Assembly (NCBI RefSeq): GCF_006345805.1
Contig: NC_043017.1
Location: forward strand, 21,514,001 to 21,578,000
Reading direction: 5' to 3'
Length of the DNA: 64,000 bases
Origin: Octopus sinensis
Lineage: Eukaryota
Below the pieces are notes generated by a model. It made no database searches. It had not been told where the DNA came from and saw only the letters and a list, made by a program, of their open reading frames with translations. Position 1 is the first letter of the stretch. The number at the start of each line of letters is the position of its first letter. This document shows positions 52,891 through 64,000 of the stretch, in pieces. The translations under genes and the position numbers were made by a program.

Positions 52891-54631
52891 TTCATTTCAT
52901 AAGTCTCAAGTTACTCAGGTGGTTGAAAAAAATGGAAGATAAGCACAACAGGTAAAACCAGCACAAATTTCTGTGGCTAGCATGAATCTACAGTGGAACC
53001 AGCATGGGTTTCAGCTGACTTGCCTATCTCTTTGGTGGCTTTCTGTAATTTTTTTGGAGGTACCATACCAATTTTCTGTAAGAAATACCACACTGATTTA
53101 TTTATATATATATAGCAGATTTCTTTCAGTTTCTGTTTACCAAATTCACCGTGAAGCTTTTGTTTGGCCTGAGGCTATAGTAGAAGAGACTTGCTCAAGG
53201 TGCCACACATCGAGACCGAACTCAGAAATACTCGGAGAATTTGTCAATCCCATAGGCTAGTTTTGTTCCATCAAGTTATCATAGCTGTTGTTGTTGTTGT
53301 CGTTGTGATTGTTGTCGGGAATAATTTACCATACTGTCATTCAAGGCTGTCTGTCTTTTACCATTTCGAATTTGTTCTATTTTGTTTCGGTTATTTTGAG
53401 TTTTCTCAAGAATTCTTAAGCAAAAAAAAAAAAAAAAAAACCAAAACAGTGTCACTGTGACATACAATACCTTCAGGCAAATTGATTTTTCAGTGAATTA
53501 AAGCACTACCATTTATTTATTTTTTTATTATTTCTGTAGCGAATAAATATAAGAACTAAAGACATACATCTTTTTTTCTTGCATTATCACCCACAACCTT
53601 TGCAAAAACAAAAAAAAAAACGATAAACAAAAAGACTAACAAACGATCAAAGACAAACAAAATGAATAACTAAATAAAATATAAAATAAAGTCATTGTGA
53701 CCTTCTTTAATTATAATAAAAAATTTAACCCAGGCCCAACCATCTTGCAAGCTCTTACTTTTGTCTTTTTATTGTTTTGTATTTGTTTGCAACCTTTCGG
53801 TGTTTTATTGTCCAGGTGGACATAGGCATGCATTTTTGTTGTATGTGTTTTCACTTTGGAATAAAAGATTTCTCTGTATCACTCCCACGTCTTTTTTTTT
53901 TATTTGTTTATTTATTTATCATTTTTGTTTTTTGTTTTATTTTATTCTATTTTTATTTTGTTTTTGTTTTTGTTTTGTAGTTTGATGAAGCAAGACCCTC
54001 TAATGCACCTTTCTAGTATTCATTTGCATTGAAATTGTTGGATGAAGGAATTGGAGTGGGTGGGTAGGAGGTGGTGGGTGGCGGGTGGTGGTGGATGTGA
54101 AATAAATAAATAAATAAATGACTAAAATGAGAAAGAGCGATGTGAGAGTGAAGAGGGTGGGTTAAATTGAGTTGGTGGTGTGTGACATGGAGAGAGGGAG
54201 GACGGTAGAGCAGAATAATCTTTAAGAGACTGAGAGAGAGAGAGAGAGAGAGTGAGTGAAATGGAGAGAGGGAGAAAGAGAGAGTGTGTGTGTGTTTGTA
54301 TGATAGAGAGAGAGAGAGAGAGAAAAGGTGAGAGAAAGCATAAGAAAGAAAGAGAGAGCATAATATACAGAGAGAGCATAAGAGAGAGAGAGCATGAGAG
54401 ACAGAGAGAGCATAAGAGAGACAGAGAGAGCATGAGAGACAGAGAGCATAAGAGAGAGAGAGAGAGCATAAGAGAGAGAGAGAGCATAAGAGAGAGAGAG
54501 AGAGAGAGCATGAGAGACAGAGAGAGCATAAGAGAGAGAGCTAAAGAGGGAGAAAGAGAGAGCATGAGAGACAGAGAGAGCATAAGAGAGAGAGCTAGAA
54601 AGAGAGAAAGAAACGTGTACATATGAATGTG

Positions 54632-54681
<50 letters not shown>

Positions 54682-57201
54682 TGCATGTGTGCATGTGTGT
54701 GTGTATGTGTGCATGTGTGTGTATGTGTGTGTGTGTGTGTGTATCTGTGTGTGTGTGTATGTATGTGGAATGGGTGTAAGTGTGTGTGTGTATGTGTGTA
54801 TTTGAGAAAGCAAAAGAGATACTGAAGAAGACGGAGGCGAAAAAGAAAGCGAAAAAGAGGCAGAAACGAGTGAACTGAACATAAGATAAGACATTTTATG
54901 ATTAGATTTTATTTTTTTCCCTTATTTGTTCATTCAATTTATTCATTCATTCATTCATTCATTCATTCATTTATTTGCATATTCTATCACTCAACCATTC
55001 CCTTATTCTGTATTTCTGCTGGAGGAGAGGAAAAGGAGAAAATAAAGAAGTAGAAGAAGTAGAAGTAGAAGGAGAAGAAGAAGAAGAAGAAGAAGAAGAA
55101 GAAGAATGGTCTCCCCACCACCATCACCGCCACTACTGTGCCCCCTCCCCCGTTGCCTTCCATCCCTGTGTTCAAATGACACCGGAGGATTTATTACCAG
55201 GTACACCTTGCAAATTAATTGACGTGACACCAAACAGGAGCAAGGGCCTTTGTGAAATATTGTTGGGGTTGCACCGGTGTTGAAGGGGTCAGAAAAGTAA
55301 TTTCAAAACGTATTGCTTTCAATGATATTTTAATTAGGGACTCACACAGGGGTTTACTCAAGGGACTTCCTGTGTGTTCGAGAGAGGACGAGTGATTATT
55401 CAATGACTAAATCTCAAAGCACACCGTTATTGTTTTTAGATGAGATAAGTAGGGTGGCAGGCATGGCTGTGTGGTTAGGAGCCTTTATTTGTTACCATGT
55501 GATTTTGGGTTCAATCCCACTGCGCAGTACTGTGAGTGAGTGTCTGTTACTATAAATTCCTGCCAACCAGTGACTTTGGAGTGGATTTGGTTGGTGGAAA
55601 CTCAGTGGAAGCCCACCGCATATATTTTTATTCTTTTATTTTTTTCAGTCATTTGACAGCAGCCATGCTGGAGCACCACCTTGTTGTATGAATCGACCTC
55701 AGGACTTCTTCTTTGTAAGCTTAGTACTTATTCTATTGCTCTCTTTTGCCAAACCACTAAGTTACAGGGATGTAAACACACCAACATCAGTTGTCAAACG
55801 ACTGTGAGGGGATAAACATAGACACAAATCTATATACATAAATGTGTAATGATGTGTGTGTGTGTGTATGTGTGTGTTTGGGGTTGCTCTAACTCCTCCC
55901 ACACCATCCAATTGATTTTAATGATTTTTGGCACATAGGTAGATCACATACCCTGAAGTTCAAATAAGGCCTGAATTTTTCCAAAAATTCAATAATGCTT
56001 AGCTGGCATTGATTTTTGTGAGCTCAATCAGCGATTTGAATGGTAATTCTCATAACAACGTTATTTTTCCTGCAGTTTTTGCATTTTGTCACAAGTAAAA
56101 CTTCAACAAAATCAACAGAATAGTCTCTAAGGAAATGCTTATTCAATACAAGGTCAGAGGTGGGCTTCACTTCAAACTCAAACTGTCAAATCTATAGATT
56201 TGAGACTATCCAAAATATTTTATAAATCCTCACTGTCTATTTTCTTCACTTACAACCTTGTGTAGTGGAGTAATAATCTAAGTGGTTCATAGACCATTTG
56301 GGGTCTATTTCTAGCAAACTGGTTTTGTAATTATTCAGCACCCTTATCATAATTTTATAGTCCATCGTGTATATATATATATATACACACGATGGACTTT
56401 AAGTTTCTGTCTACCAAATTCCCTCACAAGGCTTTGGTCAACCAAGACACTTGCTCAAGGTGTCAAGCAGTGGGACTGAACCCAGAACCATGTGGTAGGG
56501 AAGAAAGCTTCTTACCACACACCTTGCAACTAATAGAACCAGAGATTATTACTTGGTGTTCCAAAAATTTCTAAAGTGCATATATTTTAAGAGTCACAGA
56601 TTGAAATTCTGCAAAAAAAAAAAAAAACCCCAAAAAAGGTTTTGTGTGTGTGTGTGTGAATTTTATACCTCAATCTGCCCATTTTCCATAATTTTTCTGT
56701 TGACAGCATGATAATCAAATGTTTCATTATATCTCATCTAATTCTTTATGTCCTGAGTTCAAATTCTCTTGGGATTAAAATTTGCTTTTGGAATTGAATA
56801 AAATAAATTATCTGTCAATTATTAGGGCGGTCGATATAACTGATTACCGCACCCGCATCATTTGGCAGGCCTTGTGCCTATTTCAGAAAGATAATTACTG
56901 AGAGTGGTGGATTGGATTGGCAGGATCATCGGAGGGTCAGACAAAATGCTTTGAGGTTTTCATTCTGGCTCTTTTGGTTTCTGTTTCAAACACCACCAGG
57001 GCTGATTTTCATCTTTCATCCTCACAGTTTTATAAATTAAAATACCAATGGAATTCTTGTGTCGAATTAATCATTGAACCCTCTTCCTTGAACTTTCTAA
57101 ATCTTGTTCTTAGGATGGAAATGATTATTAAAACACTGGATCGTTAGAATCATCATAATGGTAGACAAAACTCTTCCAGGGATCTCTCTTTTAGCTTCTG
57201 T

Positions 57202-57551
57202 CTTTTACTTGTTTCAATCATTAGACCTGGCCATGCTGGAGCACTGCCTCGAAAAAATTTTAGTTGAATGAATCGACCCCAGGACTTAAAGCCTGGTACT
57301 TATTCTATCAATCTCTTTTGTCAAACCACTAAGTCATGTAAACACACCAACACCGGTTGTCTGGCAGTGGAAGGGGACAAACACTAATGTGAATACACAT
57401 ACACATATACTATGGGCTTCTTTTAGTTTCCATCTGCCAAATTCACTCACAAGCCTTTGATTGCCTGTGACCATAGTAGAAAATGCCACACAGTGTAACT
57501 GAACCTGGAAGCAATGGGGTTAGAAAGCAAACTTCTTACCACACAGCCACA
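57202..57551 (-). mobile_element. SINE family A, older copy
   Basis: Reverse complement match. Confidence 0.8.
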
Positions 57552-58223
57552 CCATTGTTTTTTTTTACATTCTGGGTTCAAATCTCATCCTTCCATGTTT
57601 AATAGAAAACAACATCTTCCTTGTGTTAATAATTGATAGAATCAGCCATTTCATTTCCCCACTAAAATCTGTAGCCTTGTGCTAATACTAAAAATCATTT
57701 CCCGTTTTCTTCTTCTTAAAATAATAATAATTATTACTATTGACATTTATGACAATTAAAATTTTGTGTTAATATTTTCCATTAATATTAATGGTTGTCT
57801 TTGAATAAATAAAAAGCATCAAGCCAAAAGGAAGCGGGCTTGAAGAATTTTTGTGCAATTTGAAACCCCGATTAACAAATAACAGGCTCTTTGTGCGGTA
57901 CTCAACCCTTTTTCATTATTGTCTCACATACAAACGAGAAATTTTAATTAGTGCCTCTTGAATTAGAGAAAACATGTGAAGCTGGTGAGAAATGATCATT
58001 TCATTAACCTTAGTCCGTTTATTGTTATTGATTGCTGTGAATGAGATGGAGCCCAGTAAAAGCTCCCTTGCAACATTACAAAGTAAAGAGAGAAACCAAA
58101 AAAAAAAATTTATAAAATTAATGAAATTAAAATGACGAGTTTAATATAATTAGAAAGATCCATTAACTACTGCTGGAATACAGACTGTTCTTCGATTAAG
58201 TAATCCTTTTATAAAGGAACTGG

Positions 58224-58280
<57 letters not shown>

Positions 58281-58644
58281 TATTGTTATTATTATTGTTG
58301 TTGTTATTAAGGTGGTGAGCTGGCAGTATCGTTAGCATTCCAAGCAAAATGCTGAGTGGCATTTCATCTGTATTTATATCCTGAGTTCAAATTCCACTGA
58401 GGGTGGATTTGCCTTTCATCCTTTCAGGGTTGATCAATTAAGTACAGTAGTCCCTTGCCATATTGCGATTCATCTATCGTAGTTTCTTATTTAAGCTTAC
58501 ATCAATTTGTCTGTGGTGTTGTCTTGCATTTATAATAAAACAGATATATATAAATTATAAAAATGATTTTAAAAATATACAGTACAGTACAGGAAAATCT
58601 AATGCAAAGTATTTTGTTCACATTCTAAGTAAAGTTAAGTTAAT

Positions 58645-58821
58645 TTTTTGGCTCAAAAAGCAAAAAGCAAGGCCATGTAGGGGGACATGGAGTTATGTAC
58701 GGGGTGGTGTTCATGCAAAGAGTTCAGGCCATTTGTGGTCAAGGGTGACTTTGAATTGAGCGGTCGTCGGCATCTTCACTATCTTGTCCGGCAGCTTATT
58801 CCACAGATCCACAACCCGGAC
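58645..58821 (-). mobile_element. CR1-type LINE extreme 3' end
   Basis: VRVVDLWNKLPDKIVKMPTTAQFKVTLDHKWPELFA*, then a short UTR and (gcttttt)n tail. Confidence 0.8.
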
Positions 58822-59189
58822 CAGTGCATCTCAGAGTTCTTTAACTCTCAACCCCTTTTCTTACTAACATCTTTTCAATGCCTCCTTGCTATGAGTTAAT
58901 ACAATTAAATATACCCCCCGCCAAAAAAAAAAACAGTACTTCTATCAGGTTGATAGTCACTTATAAACGACCATTTATAAATAAATATTATATATGACAG
59001 AGTAATCTGAATGTTAAGGGTCAAATTATTTTAAGGGTTCAATGTGGAAAATCAGTCTTGCCTTGGCCAGTTGTAGGATGGTGGAGTTGACATTGGAGTA
59101 AACAGAAGAATCAATTTCTTCATTGTTTCACAATTCCATTTCTAAATTTTACCAAAGTGGATGGAAAATCATATCTTTTATTATTTTAT

Positions 59190-59398
59190 CTTTTATTTGT
59201 TTTAGTCATTAGACTGTGACCATGCTGGAGTATCACCTTGTAGAATCTTAGTCCAATGAATCGATCCTGTTACTTTTTTTTTTAAAGTTTGGTAATTATT
59301 TTACTGGTCCCTTTTGCCAAACTGCTAAGTAATGAGGATGTAAACATACCAACACCAATTATCAAGTAGTGGTCGGGGGACAAACACAGATACAAAGA

Positions 59399-59431
<33 letters not shown>

Positions 59432-59642
59432 GCACACACACATGCACATACACACATGTTTGATCTTAGTCAAAATGCCAATATATATTTTCTCAGTTTC
59501 CGTCTACCAAATCCACTCACAAGACTTTGGCCGAATTGAAGCAACAGCAGGAGACCTTTGTCAAAGGTTTCATGCAGTAGGACTGAACCCAGAATCCTAT
59601 GGTTGAGAAACAATCTTCTTACCACACAGCCATGCCTACACC
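59190..59642 (-). mobile_element. SINE family A, older copy
   Basis: Reverse complement match with a (CA)n centre. Confidence 0.8.
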
Positions 59643-62110
59643 TATGCAGTATTTTTCTGATTCTTTTATCTCAAATTATCTTTGACTGAACAGACTTATG
59701 ATCAAAAGCTTTCCGATTATGACCATCCCTCTCATATGCTATTCAGTGCTGCACCATCTTTCCCACCACCAATGTCCTTTGTTTTGAAACACTGATTAAA
59801 CATCTTCTCATAACAACTTATCTGACTACAAAGAAATAAGGTGTCTTTCTCTCTCTCTGCGTCTCTTCATTGCATTATTGGTTTCTTTCATACTGGTTCT
59901 TGGATTTAAAGAGGAAATCAATATTTCTAATCAATGATTAATTGCTCATACGTGTGGTGCACCCTGGTGGTCAATTATTGTAGTGGAGATAAATCTTGGT
60001 GGGTTGAGAAGTTTGAATTTGAAATTGAAGACCAAAGAAGAAAATACAGACAACATACACACATTCTAAATATTTTTTCCCTGATACATTACTGATGATT
60101 TCTAATAAGAATGAAATAGTACCATTCGTAATTATCCATCTTTTATCTTTTATCTTATACTTGCTTCAGTCATTAGACTGTGGTCATGCTGGAGCACTGC
60201 CCTGAAGAATTTTTAGTCAAATGAATCACATACTTATCCTTATTCTATCGGTTTCATTTTGCTGAACCTCTAGCTTACTTGGATGTAAACACACCCAGCA
60301 GTGGTTGACAACCAGTGATGGGGGACAGACACAAAGACACACGCACACACACATAAAATGAATAGTTTATGTATGACAGCTTACTAATCTGTGAGGGATC
60401 GATGTTAGATGTGTGAAAACAAGTGTAGTGATTAATAAAAACTCTCATATCTTTCATCTTCTACCTCTCCTTAACCAGATACATATATATATATGTTAAT
60501 AAAATAGAACATATGCATATATATAAACATATATGTACGTACCTACCTCTACATGTACATATACACGCATATATATATATATATATATATACTTTATTTA
60601 AAAGTAGCAGAAATATAACATCACTCTCTCTCTTTCTCTCTCACACTCTCACTTTCTCTCTCACTCTCCCTTTCTCTCTCTCTTCCTCTCTGTCCTCCTT
60701 TCTCTCACTTTGCTACTTCCTTGAAGTAAGTGTGACGCACCCAACAGGTACATACAAAAAGAAAAAGTTAGCATATTAATATTATTGATTATTTATCATT
60801 TCAATCTTAAAGGCTTATACAATCCATTTTTTGAGTAAAATTTATAAATTAACATCCATATTAAGTCAGTTTAGTCATGGTACCTCATTCACCGCTTGGG
60901 TGGGCATGAGGCATAAATAGTTAAAAGTATGTTGTTTCAAAAAATATAGTTAAGATCCACTGAACTAAACCAACAAGGCAGTGCTCCAGCCTGGCCTCAG
61001 ACTTGAAGTATAGACCTTCAATTATTACCACCAACTTTACCCTTAAGCTAGGAATAAGTCAAATTTATAACAGGTGGAAATAATTAATTCTGATCTCACT
61101 GCTACTAACGCAGATAAAGAAATGACATAATCAAGTCAGCAAACTTTATAGTTAGATATTACGAGGCTTGCTAAGTTGATAAATTACTGAATTAAACTTT
61201 AATTTAGGGAGATTATGGATTTACTAATATTAATTAAGCTGTTTAACCTACAAATAATCAGCTAGCATTTGAAATTAACAATGAAATAGTGATTTCAATT
61301 TAGAAAAAAGTGTTGAGGGTAATTCGTGATAATATGTAATTCAAGGAGGATTAAAAGGTGTATTAGTATGTTAATCTTTTATTCTTTTACTTGTTTCAAT
61401 CATTTGACTGCAGCCATGCTGGAGCACTGCCTTGTTAATATATAAGTGATTATAAAATTGAACATGTAATGCCATATTTTCATAGAGAAAAGAAATGCAA
61501 GCATTTTCATGACTAGGGGCTGAATGGAAGGATTGACACAACTTAAGGATTAATATTGTAATATTGCGAAAAAATTAAGGATTGGTTCTATAGCACACGC
61601 AAAGTCACACACACAGGCACATACACACAGACTCACGTAGGCACATACACTTAGACACACACACATGCACACACAGAAATACACACGTATGTATATATAT
61701 GTATATACAAGGATGGCTCCTGGTGATGAAGTCAGCACATGCAATGTTAATCAAAGATATATAACCTAAGTAAGGTGCAGACATATAATAATGTGCATAA
61801 AGCCTCTTTCCTGCTGGATTTCAAAGAAATGAAAGATTTATATGAAAATTTGTATTTGTATTCATTTATTCATATTTGGCATGCATTTCTGCAGATAATA
61901 CCATTGTGTGTGTGTTTGCATGTGTATATGTAAATATATGCACACACACATATATATTCATGTAGACATATACATATACTTATATGTATAGACACACACA
62001 CACACATATATATTCATGTAGACAAATAAATATACATATACTTATATGTATAGACACACACACACATATATATGTGTGTGTGTATATATATAAATATATA
62101 TATATATATA

Positions 62111-62160
<50 letters not shown>

Positions 62161-62161
<1 letters not shown>

Positions 62162-62366
62162 TCTTTTATTCTTTTATTCGTTTCAGTCATTTGACTGTGG
62201 CCATGCTGTAGCACCGCCTTTAGCTGAACAATTTGACCCCAGGACTTGTTCTTTGTTAGCTTAGTACTTATTCTATCGGTCTCTTTTGCCGAATCACTAA
62301 GTTACAGGAATGAAAACACACTAGCATCGGTTGTCAAGAGATGGTGGGGGGACAAACGCAGACACA
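62161..62366 (-). mobile_element. SINE family A, 3' half
   Basis: Reverse complement of the tail and body. Confidence 0.8.
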
Positions 62367-64000
62367 GAAAAGTACACACACACACATGAAATTAGGATTC
62401 ACAATGATTCTTAATGCTCAATCCTATCCTGATGCCTCCACTGACCCCCCCCCCCAACCATATGAATACAGCAAGTCCCTTTTTTTTCTATTCAACCATC
62501 AGGAGTAGTCAATGGTGAAACTCAGAGCAGAGCATCAACTTCTGATCTTATATACATACACACACAAATATATATACATATATATAACTGTATATAATAT
62601 ATATCATAATGATATTTATTCTCTGATTTTGAAGTGACAATTTTTTAAATATAAACAAATGACCGGAAAATGATGAGCTAACCTCAGGCTGAATTGAACC
62701 TACAAATCGATGCTTTCCTGGCTCCTTGCAAATCTGATTGGCCAAATGCTCACAAGCATTCAAAATCATCCTCGTCATCATCATAACCAACATCTTTATT
62801 GGTTGTTTTGTTTTCTTAGTTTGTCTTATTGACCATTTTCTAAGCACTATTTCGGGAACTGTCAAGGAATTTTTATACATTTATCTTCATAACAACCAAA
62901 ACATTTTAACTTTACTTGTCCAATTCTAATATACGATTCCATTCAATTCCAGTTGAAACCAACAACATATATAAATTTACCATTTTTTTTTCAGTCCATC
63001 TTATTCTTAACAATTTTCCATAAAACCAAATACTAAAAACTCTCTCATTTTTTTTCTCTTAACTTATTTTTTTTTTAAAATGCAATAATCATATCCACAA
63101 ATTGATGGTATTAGAATATGAAGGAAAAATTGTATAGGAATGGAACTCACATCAAATTCTTACAGACAATGACAACACAATCTCCCACCACACTACACAA
63201 AGTAATTGCAAAGCAATAACAGAGCCAAATATTCCATGCACAAATGACATCAGAATTAAAGACGGATATTTTAATTATGATAACGACTTGTTAATTTGTC
63301 TTTCTATTCTTTGTCTCTCTCTCCTTTTCACACAATATATAGTACTCCCTCTCTGTCTCTGCATCTCTCTCCTTTCATTCAATATATATATATATACACA
63401 CACTCATATATATATATATATATACATACATTTATATATATAAATATATAAATAAATATGTATATATAAATATATATAACACATTCTCTCTTTGTCTCTA
63501 AATATTGTATAGATGTGTGTGTATGTATACATATGTATATATATATGTGTATATATATACATATATATTTATAAATATATATGTATACATATATATATAT
63601 ATATTTCTCTCTCTTTCTGTCTCTCTCTCTTGTTCATTGTGTTTCCATTATATACTTTTCCTTTTTTGTGCATTTTGTTTTGTGTGTTTGTTTTTGAAAA
63701 TATTGGCTGTGTATATTCAAGATTCCATAACTACTAAAATATTGTCCAAAACTAACAACGTTACTACTCCGAACAAAAATTAATGGGCAATAAAGAAATT
63801 TAATGTTTTGTGGTCAACGTATTTTCTTACACTTCACAAAAAAAAAATATAACACAAAACACACACACCCACACACACACTTCATTGTATTCAATATATT
63901 TTGAGGATATTTCTTTTGTTTTAAATCATTCACGCTACTGACAGTGAGTTTGTCACTTCATCACTTCATGATCTATTCGATTCCAAGCCATATATTGTCT

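Noticed and set aside
55271-55294. Partial similarity to miR-133 (ccccttcaac on the minus strand)
   Set aside because: The seed differs and there is no precursor hairpin.
2328-63783. Numerous ORFs rich in YI/CV/HT/RE/LS or homopolymer runs
   Set aside because: Translations of (TA)n, (CA)n, (GA)n and trinucleotide microsatellites or SINE bodies; no domain content.

Overview
AT-rich, microsatellite-saturated eukaryotic DNA with no recognisable intact host gene. The repeat families (several tRNA-derived SINEs, CR1/RTE/R4 LINE relics) look like those of an Octopus (coleoid cephalopod) genome; this taxon call is my inference. Nearly all ORFs in the track are translations of (TA)n/(CA)n/(NNN)n runs or SINEs. 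The real coding relics are all transposon-derived: CR1-type, RTE and Dong/R4 LINE 3' ends, a deleted Tc1 and a DD37D (maT) transposase. Non-autonomous Helitron/Helentron and TTAA piggyBac-like MITEs are also present. The most notable observations are: (i) the dominant SINE shares its 3' tail with a LINE in the same window, with a compensatory stem change; (ii) decayed Penelope-type hammerhead ribozyme motifs and a 347-bp-period duplication; (iii) a 35-bp-period array built around a TTGACATGTCAA palindrome; (iv) a TIR-(TA)15-TIR maT junction; (v) several long foldbacks; (vi) unique islands including a candidate 57-nt exon. I found no convincing new protein-coding system. Element boundaries were read by eye and are approximate.
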